64,000 nt of DNA from Yuukianura sp. NJ FZ-2021 (taxonomy: Eukaryota), in contig CM102285.1 of the NCBI GenBank assembly GCA_046563655.1, positions 6,510,001 through 6,574,000 of the forward strand. Reading direction: 5' to 3'. The position numbers and the translations under genes were made by a program. The notes under the pieces are model-generated. The model ran no database searches, was not told the DNA's origin, and was given only the letters and a program-made list of their open reading frames with translations. Every line of letters starts with the position of its first letter. Within the stretch, counting starts at the first letter, position 1. Shown piece by piece: positions 1-19,967 of the stretch.

Positions 1-2812
1 GAATTTCTTATTAAGACGTTATACTATAATTCCCCTTGTCACAATTTCAAACTTTTCGAACAGCACATCTGGCTCCGTTGCGTTAGCAATTTGAATTCAA
101 AACTATGACTCCGCAACGTGAAAATTAAAAAATCTTAAAAGATTAATGTGAAAATCAACAAAATTGCTACAAAATTACTACGAAAGTTGTTTTTTCATGT
201 TTTTTAAAAAAATCGGAGTTATGACATAACCTCTTAGAGCATTTGTATAAATGGACGCTATAGCAACCTTGGTCCAAGCCATACTGCAACTCGAGGGGTG
301 TTTTTCATTGTTAAAAGTAGTTTTCTAAAGCTTCCGCTGTTCTTTTTTAGTGTAAGCCTAATTTATCAAGAAAACTTACTACTCTATCTTTTAATCTGAT
401 AAAGCTGATTTTGCGAAAAAGTGCAGAATCAAAAACAAATCTATCATGGTTTCGAAAATTAAAAAAAATCGTGGAAATGGCACTGATTTCACACGTGAGA
501 CTATACCCGTATCGTGCCATTTAAGTTTTGATTATCTAACTAAAATAACTTATTTCCAATGTTCTGAATTACTTAAAATTGAGGTTTTTGTTCATGTTTA
601 AACGTGTGGAATAAATTAAGTATAAGGAGGTGGTTAAACACCATTTCCAGTATCGTTTAAAAACTTGGAAATTTCGAAAACCATACCGGAGATTCGTTGT
701 TGAATTTGCAACTTTTTGCAAAACCAACACTCCGTCGGACTCCAGCAGATTAAAAACAGGGCAGTAGGCGGACGACTTTGTTGTTGATGCGACAATTAAC
801 GCTATGTATGAGAGCAACAATCAAGACGCTGAAAACGTCAAAATTTTTCGTACATAGTCAGTCTTGTGCTTTCAAAGTGAAACGTTTCACTCTGAAAAAA
901 CTTTGAACAAATTACTTCTACTTTTAGAGTCGTTTTCTTGGTTGTTTTGTTAAGATTTTTTACTTTTAAACACATTATGTCTAAAGCGAGGGCTTATAAA
1001 CACGTCAGAGAAGGAAATCGTTCAGTTCCACACGTCCGCTTGTGAGAGGCAAAAAAATCGAAGTGTCCAAAACAGGACCCGCGCCCCAGTGTTGTCTGAA
1101 GTCTGATACGTGAGTATAAGCATGCGTGAGTCTAAATGCGTTGTTTGTGAATTTGGTGTTTATCATCCCTTTTAACTTTTTAGAGGTTGTTTGTTGGTGT
1201 CTGCCTTTTCATGAACAACACTGTCATAATTTGCATGTTACGTTTTTTCAGATCTTCAAAGAAAGCCAGGATTATCAACTCCAAACTTGTTGTGCCTTAG
1301 TTACGATTACCGCTACTTAAAATGTTCGCTGTTGAAAGCATGGGAATCCCTTTCCTGCATAACTGAAGTCAAAGGGCACCTGTTGGCCTAGACTTTTGAC
1401 ATTCATGGGATGTACTCAGTACCCAGGCAAGATTCCAAAGCAGAATTTTTTTTTCACGGCAATTTATAGCTTGCCGCTTTTTAGAACGTGCTTTTAAAAT
1501 TCGATAACCATTCCAAAAGTTTTATAGACCGTTAACAAAAGACTGATCAATTTTTCAAACTTGTTGTATACAAACATACTAAAGAAAGAGGTTTTGAACT
1601 ATAGTTCTCCGATACGCGTCGCAAATTGCGCAATGAACCAATTCAATGGACTCAAGCAACAAAAACAAAAAGTGCCTTCTAGAGGAGACAATCGTATAAC
1701 TACTTTGCTTACGTGACACGGTTCAGATAGTTCTACTATTTGGAAAATTGAACGGTATAATTGGGAACCCTATCTCTAAAAAATACCTCGAAAAACATCT
1801 ACTAATTACAATAAACCGGTTGCGAACCGCACCTAATAAAAATAGATCATGCTCTGCTGATGCGGCGGGTGGAGTGGGGCGGGTAAAGTAAAAAATGACT
1901 GGACTTTTGACCCCGCAGGAGTCTACTCAACTTCATGTGGTGTTCACGAGTTGTCTCGATGAGACTAACAACTTTTGTATAGGTCATTTCTGATGTTACT
2001 GGAGATAAAACAGGTTGACCTTGACCCGGAAGGAGTTGACCTGCCGGAATAATATTCAATAGTGAAACACAGAGACAATAGGACAGTCATTTTAAAAGGC
2101 TCTGTAAATGAAATGACCGACAGAAATGCACAAACACTAAATAAGTGCATGTACCATCGACAAAAACCAGCTCACCACGACTCTCAGCTTTTCAAATCTA
2201 CTCTAGTCGTTTGTAAGGGTAAAATTCAAGGTTGGTGAAGAAGAGGTTAAGCATTAAGTCGGTTTTTATATTTTTCCAGGCAAAATTTCAAAAGTGAAAA
2301 GTCATAAATGCTGCTCTCGTTCCTTTGGAAATATTTTATCCGAACCTTTTTTATTCATTTTTTTCACCATTCTTAAGTTTGGTGCAAACTTTTTGCTAAA
2401 AAAAAAGATCAAATTCAGAGTAAAATCAGAGTAAAAAATTGTTTGCAGCGACATTTTTGGAAAACAGGACTTATTGCTTAACCTCTTAAAGCAGGACAAT
2501 CGTTGCTATAGCAACCTTGGGTAAAATGAGCACTGATCATTTCGATTAAAAGTCTTGCATTCATAATTCCGAGTAGTAAAAAAAGTAAAAGTACAAAATG
2601 TAGCTTTCAAATTTTACTAGTTTGATTCCGTGTATAAATTTTTTTCGGAACATATTAAATATGGGATGGATATACTGTATGAGAACAGTTTTACATTAAC
2701 TAAATTAACACTCGCAATTTTCTACATTGCTCTGAAGCTCAGCCGTCGTTAATAATTAGTTTCAAAAAATGGCACTCCTTAAGAATTTAGTGAGTAGGCT
2801 TTGAGTACAATA

Positions 2813-3643
2813 TTAGTTTGGAGAGAATGGTAAATACAAAAGATCTACATCTTTGGATGAAGTTGGGCTCAGAGAGGTGGTGAAATTGGGAGGAGTAATT
2901 GTCACGGAATTTGACACGGATGGTTGAGGACTGTGTCGCCTCGGTGTACTTGAAAGTCTTCGGACGGCTTCTTTGATGAGACTACCAGATTGCAGAAGAT
3001 GCTCTAAAAATTCGAATGGGGATTCACCTGTGGGAGCGCGTTTCGCTTTGCTCCTTCGTCCAACTACGTAGTTTGTATAATGGTTCTTGCTTTTCTTTTT
3101 CTGGACCGACACTAAGGGGTTTCTGTTTCTGGAGTTTGGATATGAAAGTTGTAACCTCCGCCTGTGGAGGTGGTGTGACATGGGATTATGTCCTATTGTA
3201 GATGCTGGTGATGCCGGTGGGTCAACTTCCGGTGAACATGTCCAACGACTGTTTGCTGCGAATTTGGAATCCATTTTCAATTTTTCACGTACATTTAGCA
3301 CCAACAAGTCAATCGTGTCTACAATGTCGTTTTCTTCTGTTTCAGTCTCCACACCGTCGAGATCCCAATCTGAACTGGATTGCATTGAGTCACCACCCTC
3401 GTCATCACTATTTTCGGTCATGTTGAGGCTGACATTTCGAACACGTGTTGGGCGAGCGCTGGTGTTACTACTGCAACGACTGCGCAATACGTCAGTAACT
3501 GTCTGCAGCTCGTCATCCGTGCTCATTCCATCGTCCTCTTCCGTCTCGAAAGGCTCATAACTAGTGTGACGTGAAAAATTCGAGTCAAGCTCGTAGAGGT
3601 TCACGTTGAGCGGGAAATATTCGGAATCCTTCTTCCCAGGCAT
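2813..3643 (-). CDS. FRAT/GBP-like GSK-3-binding protein (single coding exon)
   Basis: ORF contains LLQSGSLIKEAVRRL, matching the GSK-3-binding motif of FRAT/GBP (LxxSGNLIKEAVRRL), plus an upstream 'VDTIDLLVLNVREKL' helix. First ATG is at 3643 (MPGKK). A splice acceptor (tttaaacag) just upstream at ~3679 suggests a 5'UTR intron. Confidence 0.8.
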   Translation of the reverse strand: MPGKKDSEYFPLNVNLYELDSNFSRHTSYEPFETEEDDGMSTDDELQTVTDVLRSRCSSNTSARPTRVRNVSLNMTENSDDEGGDSMQSSSDWDLDGVETETEENDIVDTIDLLVLNVREKLKMDSKFAANSRWTCSPEVDPPASPASTIGHNPMSHHLHRRRLQLSYPNSRNRNPLVSVQKKKSKNHYTNYVVGRRSKAKRAPTGESPFEFLEHLLQSGSLIKEAVRRLSSTPRRHSPQPSVSNSVTITPPNFTTSLSPTSSKDVDLLYLPFSPN

Positions 3644-6184
3644 TTCACATGGGTTACACAACTGGATCGTTTTTTATCCTGTTTAAAAATGACCATAAAA
3701 TAAAAATGGTTGAAATAAATCATGGATACAATTGTACAAAATAGATGAATGTACAAAGGAGTTGAAAATTACAGGAAAAGGGAAAGGAGCCGCGGCTAAA
3801 CGTTTTATATTTTAAATTCTTACAATTTAGTCTGAATATATTCCAAATGAGGGGGGGGGGGGTAAAATAGTAGACTCAAGGTAAAACGCAATGGAATAAT
3901 ACAAGATAGTGCGTTTTTATGACGTCATGCGTGAAAGAAATACCGTGATGTTCAGATTAAAATCCCAGGCTCTTATCTAAACAACACAAACGGTATACGG
4001 CTTCTATAGAATACCATCATAACTCCTTGAATTCCGGTATTTTTTCAACGCGTGTCACACACAAAACCTGCATTGGTTGCTAAGATGGCTGATTGCAATT
4101 GCAAGGGACTCGAGGAATCCTAATTTTATTTATTCATTTGGAATTCAAGCCAGTGTTATTACTTACGATCCTTGACTTTATTGTCATATGAAAAAATCAG
4201 AGACAAACTATACAAACAACTGAAACTGTATGAATTAAGACGCAGTTCTTCCATTCATAACCTTGATCTCCGAAGTTGAATGGAATTTCACTTCAACGTG
4301 GTCAAAAATCTACTTCGCATACGTTGTGTCATTGTCTTGATAATAGATTATATGATTTTTACGCAATTCTTTTTGGAAATGAAAATATTACTAATCGTAA
4401 GTAAGTAAAATTAGGCGTGTCACTACTTTCAGCCAGAGAACTGAACCAGAACCGTCCATGATAAATAAGCTTTACTTTTAGGAATTTCTTCTTCAGCTGA
4501 CCTGCCCTCCGTTGTTTAAAAAAAAATAGAGGTCAAAACCACTATGCTGCTCTCTGTGTTCAGACAATTATTCTTTGGTGTCTGCTACAAAACATTCTGT
4601 TTGGAATGAGACATTCATTATGATGCTGACGCATCACACATCATTTTTACTCATTTAGAGCTATCTACCCCTTGACCTTTGACCTGAGACTCACAGGTTG
4701 TGCCAATCAAGTGTCATGCAGTGCAAATTAAGTCCAACCCCCACGCTTTTCTATGCATTGAAAATTTTTTAAGTACTACCTTGGTACTTTTAAAAAGGGT
4801 GACACTAGAAATCCCGATGAAAGTATTCCTTTATCACCCCTCCCTGTGGTCGCAGGTAAATTCAAAGAAGTATTCCTCCTCCCGCTGTTTAGGATGACCT
4901 GTGACCACACGGAAAATTTTTATAATATGAAATCAAGTTCAAAAACCCAATTTAGGGATGGGACTCACAGACTCAAAATGCTTCAATTTGTAAATTTTTA
5001 TCAACGGAAGTAAGTCCGGTTACCCGCTTCATTTTTCCACCAGTAGTATTGTAACATATTGTCTGTCTCTCTTTCCAAAAGTAAAGATCGAACTCTGCAT
5101 TACACAGTATAGGTACATACACTACACTTTGCTTTTACACTTTTCACTTAGGATCAATTTTTAAAGCACTTAAAAAGTGAATTGCAGTGTAGTGTCGTCT
5201 TCGAAATTAAAACTGTTATCAAATGAAAAATCAAGTTAACCTGCTCACAAAAATGAACCAAAAGGTTTAAAACCATGTTTGTTTTTCGAAAACATACCAT
5301 GAATGAATCATATGCTTTGAAGGACGGTGTTTGTTACATGAGAGAGGACGAGGTTAGGTTATAAAAATTTTGCTTTACGAATTATGGGCGAATTAGGTTA
5401 GGATGAATTCCATGTGTCCTAATAACTGTACTATTTTCTTACCTATTCGCTTCGCCACTCCAATTCCTGGATTTGTTTTGTTTTGTTGAAAATTCCTACC
5501 GGAATTCCGGGTCTCAGGGTTTACACAAATACAAACTGAGAAACTAAAAAACTCAATTCTGGGAATTGCTTCCGATTCAAAGTTTAAGTTAGATATTATA
5601 AATCACAACTTCCGAATATATCGCAGAATTTTATCAAAGTCACTCGATGAGTTCATAGAGAGGAGTGTTTCAATAATATTGAGTAGGAGTTAGTTTTGAA
5701 GAGCTGAGATAACGTGTTGCTTATTATGTTTTAATGTCAGTTGAGAGAGGGTTCTAGAATGGTAAACAAAAACATCAGTGTGTAACTGTTTTGACAAAGG
5801 CAGGGGAGAAATGTGTAGTTTGGAATAAGAGACAGAAAGATCCGAGAGTTTTCATGAATCGTATTCGACACTATGGAATCCACAGGGGGCCGAATATTTA
5901 CTGTGAAGCTATAAAAACCCACATTTTTAAGCTAGTAGAAGATACAACTGCTGGTGCTGGGCTCATTCTTTTGTAAATCCAGAGGCACTCCACGCCGAAG
6001 TATACTATTATAGTATTACATAGTATTACTACTACTACCACTATGCAGTGCCATAAAACAGAGGGACGAACATTCGAGACAAATCTAGCCTATATTACAG
6101 TAAGTCCCCCGTCGGTTTTCCTTGTCACCATGCGTTAACCAAACTCGCGTCGCGTCTTTCGCAACTACGCAGTCGCTCTCATTT

Positions 6185-6852
6185 CGGTTAGATTATCGTT
6201 CCTCGGGTAGTAAACCTTTTGTCGAAGTTTGTTGGTCAAAATTTTCGCATCCCCCCTTTTTTCCCGCATTGACGTTTCAAACGTTCTTATAACGTTTGGA
6301 GCAAAAAAAAATCTGGCACCACACCCAACATCTTCACTTCCTTTTTTTTTAGATGCGGGACTTTTTATTAGTCCAGAAACTAATGCGGGCTACCCTGACA
6401 ACCTCAAAAGGGAGCTATGTGAAAGTTGTTCTGAATCATCCAGGGAGTATTTCTTGTCCTATGGACTATGACCCTACGACCACTCTCTGAAGTCAGAGGT
6501 CAACACAAACATTTCCCCAATTTTTCTTCCTGTTGACCTCTGACCTCAGGGAGTGGTCGTAGAGTAATAGTCCATAGGACAAAAAATTCTCCATTGATGA
6601 TTCTGAACAACTTTCATAAGGGTCATTTTTGAGGTTGTCAGGGGTGCCCATTTCAGTTTTTGTACTTTGAAAATTTTTGTGGTAAGCTTCTGAAAAAAAA
6701 TGGGAAGGGGGGACCCTTGGAGTCAAAAATTTTTTTTTGCTCCAAACGTTCCAAAACCGTTTGAAACATGATAAAAAGTGAAAAAAAATTTCGAAAATTT
6801 TGACCAAAAAACAGAAAAAAGTTTCATGGCCCCAACAACGACAATCTAACCG
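6185..6852. mobile_element. Degenerate palindromic (foldback/MITE-like) element
   Basis: Ends cggttagattatcgtt / aacgacaatctaaccg are inverted. Inner arms 6388-6506 and 6531-6650 are inverted copies. No clear TSD. Confidence 0.7.
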
Positions 6853-7371
6853 CAAAGTGCACCCCTCCAATATGTGTATCTCAATATGCGCCTAAAAATG
6901 TGCGCTTCCTTCCAAAGTGCGCCTCCAGCTCCAATTAAAAACCAGGTGTATTTGGCTTCATTCGATTACAAGTTGGTGTTTTCCAACAAGGGTAGTTATC
7001 CACAACCCAGGCGTTTATAGTTTCCCGCGCCAAAGGCGCGGTGTTAGGTTTTATATTCGCAGTACTGATTACTTCTCGAGGGTTTAGGTTGGGTAGGTTA
7101 CGTTTTTTTAAAGTTCGAAATACTTATTACTTCTCGAGGGTTTTTGCTTAGGTTTGGTTAGAGTTAATGGTGGTTTTTAATTATATCTGAAGGTGCTGCT
7201 TGATTGGAGGCGCATTTTGGCTAGAGGCGCACATTGAGAGGCGTTTTTATAGGACTCTGACACGCGCCGAGTTAATTATAGATGTATGACATGAGTTTCT
7301 GCAGAACTAGTTTGCAGCGAAGGAGACAAAAGATATAACTTGAAATTTAAGTCTGGCAGATCACTTCGTGA

Positions 7372-8250
7372 GGTTGGAGATCACTTTCGCAGTCTGTTTT
7401 TCTTAGTCGTTTTTTTCACATGGACATGCTCCATGATAACCGCCAAAATGACCTATACAAAAGTTGTTCCTCTTGAAAAGATAAGCAACTTTTACTGGGA
7501 CCATTTTTCTCTGTGACCTTTCCTTGAGGTCACAGGTCAAGGTCAAAAGTGATGTTCCCTGACAACCGACAAAATGGTCTCTACGAAAGTTGTTCCTCTC
7601 GTCAAAAGCTACAACTTTCACAAAAACCATTTTTTTCTGTGACCTTTTCTTCGGGTCAAAGGTCAAGGTCAACTAAGAATGTCTGTTAATCGAAAAAATG
7701 ACTCCTACAAAAGTTGTTGCCCTCGATAAGTAGATCATTTTTTGTCCTATGACCTATGACCTTCTGACCCCTCCCTGAGGTGTTATCTCAAGTTGAAGGG
7801 GCGTCTCCCGGATTCGGGGTTTTAAAAAACCTAACTTATAGCCTCAGGGAGTCTTCACAGGGTCATAGGTCATAGGACATAAAGTGATCTACTCATAGAG
7901 GCCAACAACTTTTGTAGGTGTCATTTTTTCGATTAACAGACATTCTTAGTTGACCTTGACCTTTGACCCGAAGAAAAGGTCACAGAAAAAAATGGTTTTT
8001 GTGAAAGTTGTAGCATTTGACGAGAGGAACAACTTTCGTAGAGACCATTTTGTCGGTTGTCTGGGAACATCACTTTTGACCTTGACCTGTGACCTCAAGG
8101 AAAGGTCACATGAAAAAATGGTACAAAAAAAAGTTGCTTATTTTTTCAAGTGGAACAACTTTTGTATAGGTCATTTTGGAGGTTGTAATGGAGCATGTCC
8201 GAGTCAAAAAAACGACTAAGAAAAACAGACTGCGAAAGTGATCTCCAACC
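7372..8250. mobile_element. Foldback non-autonomous DNA transposon, ~400-bp arms, 8-bp TSD
   Basis: Termini GGTTGGAGATCAC...GTGATCTCCAACC flanked by direct repeat CTTCGTGA (7364-7371, 8251-8258). Mirror ORFs 7403-7672(-) and 7950-8219(+) reflect the arms. Confidence 0.9.
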
Positions 8251-9411
8251 CTTCGTGACACTATATTACCACTTTTAATTACCTTGTGTATACTATATTC
8301 AAATTAACACAATAATTAAAACTCCTAACTAAGATGATGGTAGTTTAATCGCTCAAAATATGGTCATACTAGAAAGATATGTATTTAGTGCGATTCGTCG
8401 CTTGCATAAGTAGAAAGTGTTTAACAATGCATCATACTCTAATTGACGAGCGTTGCTCCGTCCCAATGTTAATAGCATCACCATGCAAACTATATGTGCA
8501 AAGAACTCTCTGTGTGGAAGAGTGGAAAGATTCAGGGGTGTCCCTTTTCCATTACTCCTCCAAGCACAGACTTCCAAAAATTCCATCTCAACTCAGAAGC
8601 AGGGGGTCTGGGGGGCTTGCCCCCAGCCTCGACAATGCATTTTCTATTCAACTAGCCAGAAACCCGTGATGCATCGTTGGGTCAAACGAAAGAGCTAGGG
8701 GATTTTTGACAAAATGTTAAAAATTCTCTTGCTCCATGTCATCGTGATGTGTAAACATCACGGGTTCCGTCTAGTTTTTTTTAAATATCGGATTACAATA
8801 TCGTTATACTGTTCGCTATTGCGAAGACAATAATATGTCTTGTCTGATGATGTTCTCCCCTCATGCTCGCTACAAACACACCCAATAGAGACGTAATTTT
8901 CTTCTGCGTTTTCTTTCTGTGTATTAGTCAGGACCAGCACGATAAAAGAGTCCCGCGCGATTTTTGCAGCGGCTCCTTTGTTTTGACAATAATTTCGAAG
9001 TTGCTGGATTTAGGAAATCAGTAACGTGAAGTGAATTACTGTGTTAGCCTGTTTTTCAGTAGTGCTGTCTGTCGGTTGTTCCTTCCTGGACGATTATCTC
9101 TTCGCTTGTTACAGAGTGATTGCCAAAGGCGCAGGGAAATACTTGAATTATTTGGAACGAAAGGTAAGCCCATAGAGGTAAATGATTGAAATTGTATTGG
9201 GTTGAGTCAAACGGAATTTGGGGACTTCGTGCAGAAACCGTTGTTTCTTCAACTGGAGGACACAATTTCTGCAGAGTTTGTTCATCCACACCATCGTCAA
9301 ATTTTTTCTTTATTACTAAATCTTGGAATACCTACCACAATTTTTTTTGTCGGAGCTTTAACATGAACTGATTTTATTCTACGTTTAGGTTCGGCAGCGT
9401 AAATCCCAGTG

Positions 9412-15197
<5,786 letters not shown>

Positions 15198-15420
15198 AGA
15201 TGAAATCTGCCAGTTTTTTGTAAGTTTAAAGTTTGTTAAACTCTATGAAGTGAATTGAGGAACTTGAGGTTCAGACTTATTCTGATCAGTTTTTCTTAAA
15301 CAGCTACAATTAATTCTTCCCGTTCATAACTTTATTAATAAGTTAAAACTAATAAACTTATGAGTTTGTCTGTATGCGATTTATTATACTTAACTCAAAT
15401 TTCCACCCTCCTCTGCGCAA

Positions 15421-18400
15421 TCATTGGGACTGCAACGGCCCACGGCACTGTGATTTTACAGTCGAATACTGTTGCTGGTAAATTTCGCCTGCTCTCGCTT
15501 GATTTCCTAGGGAAAGAACAAACTTGAGTTAAAACTTGCAGTTGTTTTTATTTGTTCGGTAGTTACATAAGACGGAGCATTGTGTTGTGCTGAAACGGAC
15601 AATTGTTAACATGAGATGCCTAGTCAGTACACCAGTCTAAAAGTCTATACTGCGTTTGAGGTGTCTTACTTTTAGTAACGGGGCATTAAAAAAGTAATAC
15701 AATAGGCATCTCAAACTGAACACCCGAAATTCGTTCTTTGTTATTATCAATGCACAAACCACGGGGGCAAATATGTAAGGAAGGTGAATCAACGGAACTC
15801 CTAAAACTCTGAACGAACGAGAGTTCCCCAGAAAGTTTTAACAAGAATTCTCCATCTCCATCATAGAATGTGGGAACTCTTCAAAGGTGCCGAGAACGGC
15901 GAAACGCTGTTCAGTTTGAGATACATTAAACGTATACAGTTGAATTTCACAGACAGTTCGCTTCATGTAATACATTGCAGGTTTTTTTTAGACTTACCAT
16001 TTTTGAGATTCAAATGGATAGCAAGCAGGATGAAATCGGGTGGTATTGGCCCGTCGAAGTCGATCCTTCCGATAAATTCCTTGGAAAAAAAAATTCTATC
16101 AGACATCATCAGAGATTGGCGTAAAACTGTCTAACTATGACGGAGGCTATGTCTAAAATCACACTCTTCCAAAAGTAACCCGTTACAGAATACAGCTGTA
16201 GAACGTTTCCAGTTTTTCAAAAAAATTCCTCCTCTAAGTTACGGATGGTGTATTGTATATTTATATTACACAATACGCCATCAGATTCTGACTCGATGGT
16301 ATGGTGCGCTAAAATCTCGCAAATAATAATAAAACAAAATAGATAGAGATGAAAGAATTGAAAGAATGAAATCAATGATAAATCTTACGTCAATTATTCC
16401 CAATGCTAGCTCGAATTGCCCAATTCGACTTAGTGCAATGGCTCTGTTGTATGTCATGATAGCCTTAGCATTTGCTTCTTCCTGTGGACCCCATTCTGAA
16501 CACGAAGAAGACTTTGTAAAAATTCAACCTTCGCCTTCGCAAACATTCGACAAATCAGTCCAGCAACACGGCCTGTCCATAAATAGTTTTACGGATTTGT
16601 GTACATACCTGGTGGAGGTACCATACTCGGCGATGGTGAAGGCAATGTTTTGTCTTTTGAATTTGAATTTACATTTGAGCTATCAGTAAACAGATTCGAA
16701 GCATTATTCAACGTCATGCAACGTTCAGGAAATGTAACTTCTTCGCCAGTCCCATCTGTAAACTTCCCAGCTCGAAACATGGCCTCGTACAAGTACAGGT
16801 TCCCAAGATACCTTAAGGAAACAAAAATTATGGGCCTCGAATAAACGAAGTCTCAATCAACTACTAGTTTTATCCATTGACTGTTAGTTTAGTCTTGACC
16901 TTACTGAAAAACAGTTGGAGAATTGGGAACAGCAAGGAGTTGTTCACAGAATTGTATGGCATCAGCATAAAGCCCGAGATGGAGATATATGTAAGCACCA
17001 GCACATAAAACGCTCAAACGTATAGCTTCAATATCTGATAAGTTTATGACAGGATTACTCGGTCCAACGTCCACAGTGTCAGCATTCAGAAGAGGAACTG
17101 CAACTTCGATACAATGACGAGCGTAGTTTAGCGTAGGAGTTGGGTTTGAAACATCGGCTATGCTTGCTCTGTACGGATCAGTTAGAATTAATAGTTTATT
17201 TTTAACTTAGGATTGGGATTTACGAAAACGCTGGTAAAAATACTCTGGGATTTGTTGACTCTTACGTTGAAATCGGTTCTTGCTTATTCCATGGAGTATA
17301 ACCAAAAAATAAATTCCTCTTCTCTTCATTCCAAGCCAACTCGTCAGCGTTTTCCTGTGATCCCAGTAAAAGCTGATCATGAGGTACTACATAGGTAAGA
17401 GAAAAACTTTGAATTCCGACTTACTGATTTATGGATCTGAATGCAGCATTCGGCAATCCGTAACCAGAGCCTCGGGTTCAGTGGGAAAGCTGTTTGGCAA
17501 CGTACGAGGACATTAAAGGCCTGTGTGCATTTTCTGGCGTGTAAAAGCGACACACCGAAATTGTACATAAGTACACATTTTCTGTCGAATCCAGCGCAAT
17601 GAATTGGGAGTGAACCTATAACAATTGGTTAAACCTCATGTATTTCACAAAGCGTGGTCTTTTCTTATCTAATAACTATGTCAACTAACCCCTGTCTTTG
17701 AAGTCTTCTCTGTTAGAATCCTGGGATGCCTTCTGGAAATACCACGCGGCTACTGTTGGCTTGCCCATCGAATAATGACAACATCCTATGTTGTTGTTTA
17801 CCATCATTGTCAGATTGTCCCCAGTCTTTCTATGAATTAGAAATATTGAGATAAATTCGCAGAAATCATTTTAAGTTTACGAAAACTCACAGGAAATGCT
17901 GGTCGCTTTGAGTGAAAGGTATCGCACTAACGACTGTCAAGGCTTTACGAATATTTCCACTCATGTAGTTGTGGTAGGCTTTGAGAAAAGATACTGCAAC
18001 ACGTCCGGGCTGTAAAAGTAAATAAAATAGTAGGCCGGATTTTACATTAAGAGTAAGTCCATCTCAAACCGGCAAATTACGTTTCCTCCATGGTAACGGA
18101 TTTTCATGAAACTTGGTACGAATGTAGTATTCGATGTCCTAAGCCAGACCCTCTTTGGAAATTTGAAAAAAGTGACGCATGCCTCCGCTGTCGCCACTTG
18201 AAGGCGCCATTTTGGAAAACTTGGTCCCCATTTTATTCAGCGACCTTCCAACCGATTCACTTGCGGTTTTTTGCATTCACTTCAGTTTTCAATTGCCCAG
18301 AGGTGTTTTTCATCGTTTGACCCAAAAACCGAGGTCAAAGGTCACTTAAGGGTCAAAAACTCAAAAATGGGGTCAATCTTCAAAAAAACCAAATCAAAAA

Positions 18401-19967
18401 CTGAGGGCTACAATTTATACGTAAAACAGTGTACAGTGAGGTCACCGAAGACAAAAATTCCCATATTTTGAAAATTGACCCCATTTTTGAGTTTTTGACC
18501 CTTAAGTGACCTTTGACCTCGGTTTTTGGGTCAAACGATGAAAAACACCTCTGGGCAATTGAAAACTGAAGTGAATGCAAAAAACCGCAAGTGAATCGGT
18601 TGGAAGGTCGCTGAATAAAATGGGGACCAAGTTTTAAAAAATGGCGCCTTCAAGCGGCGACAGCGGAGGCATGCGTCACTTTTTTCAAATTTCCAAAGAG
18701 GGTCTGGCTTAGGACATCGAATACTACATTCGTACCAAGTTTCATGAAAATCCGTTACCATGGAGGAAACGTAATTTGCCGGTTTGAGATGGACTTACTC
18801 TTAATGAAACAGAAAGACTATAAGTTACAGAATTTACGAATTGTCTCAGTTTTAAGTTTAGCTTACTTCATCGGATAAACTCCGAACTAGAGTCCGGTAT
18901 TCTCGGTACTCATCTCTGCCTGGTGTCGCCGATCTCAACGAGAACAATAACAGCGCTCTGTGCTCCTTTAGTTTCAACTTAAGCTGCGTCATCTTCACCT
19001 GTTTAATTACAATCAGGGTCATCAATTTACAGTACTTCGTAGGCATACCATTCAGTCTTGTTAACCTACAGTTAAACAAATAGTACCATCGGTACTGTAC
19101 CGACGGGTTTAGCACAAACGGTATAATTGAGAATCGGATCTGAATTCTAAATTCGTATTTCGTAGTTAATAAATAAATATGTAAAAAAGCATCATTACCT
19201 CTACATCGGTTAATTTCATCGGTGAGAGATCCTTACTACCGACAAGACCCAGAGCGGCGTTTTCATCGAAATCATGTTTGCACAATTCATCACTTTCAAC
19301 ATTCAGTGCCATGTCAAACTTTTGTAGAGCGATGTAAAGTTCCCCGATGAGAAGTCTCGTCCGTAATATTAAAGCACCGGAATCCGAAAACCTCAATTTC
19401 CATGGACTCGAAGTAATATCAGCGGTTCGTTGATAGGCGCAGGTACCGCTTGAGTCAATTGAGCATAGGGTTTGAAGAAGGGTGATAGCAAATTCCAAAG
19501 ATTTCCACGGTTGATGGTCCTGGAAGTATATCACAGCTAGGTTGTAAAGGAAGACAGGATACTTCTCAATCTCCATTGTAAATTGATGGATGTCATTGCT
19601 GATTTTGGCCTACAAATAGAAAACCGTAAGGATCAAAAAGGCCCTGAAATAGAAATATGTTAATGAATTCAAGCTTAGCATCATCATAACAGTAACCATT
19701 ATCAGCGAGTACGTTTACGATGCTAACCTGAGAAAGAACGTATAAATAGTGTTGTTGGAATTTATCAGCCTGCAATTGCTGATTTTGATAGAACTGGGAA
19801 ACGGCGAGATTGTGTATAACTCTGACATCGTTTGGTCTCCAGGATAGCGCTTCAAAGTACAAACTCGACGCTTCTGCGTAGTCCTTCTGCATGAAATAAT
19901 GAGCTGCTTTCTGTAGAAGACGTTTCTCGGTAACTACAAGCGGCGGAGTGTGATGGTCATTAGCCAT
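15421..19967 (-). CDS. CNOT10: CCR4-NOT complex subunit 10 (multi-exon, TPR-like)
   Basis: Exons encode NDVRVIHNLAVSQFY, FLYNLAVIYF, NNIGCCHYSMGK..AAWYFQKA and MYNFGVSLLH..AF..L....PLNPRLWLRIAECCI, all characteristic of CNOT10. ATG at 19967 (MANDHH). Last exon (acceptor ~15507) ends ...GPLQSQ* at 15421. Internal exon borders were not all resolved. Confidence 0.88.
18051..18800. mobile_element. Foldback element with TTAA TSD in a CNOT10 intron (Kolobok-like termini)
   Basis: TTAA|GAGTAAGTCCATCTCAAACCGG...CCGGTTTGAGATGGACTTACTC|TTAA with ~330-bp near-identical arms. A TTAA target plus purine-purine termini fits Kolobok better than piggyBac (inference). Confidence 0.85.

Noticed and set aside
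225..2525. Repeated taacctctta...gctatagcaaccttgg at ~230-275 and ~2480-2520 as ends of one element
   Set aside because: Direct orientation, short and degenerate, with no TSD or coding support.
3087..3560. 157-aa plus-strand ORF
   Set aside because: Antisense shadow of the FRAT-like CDS.
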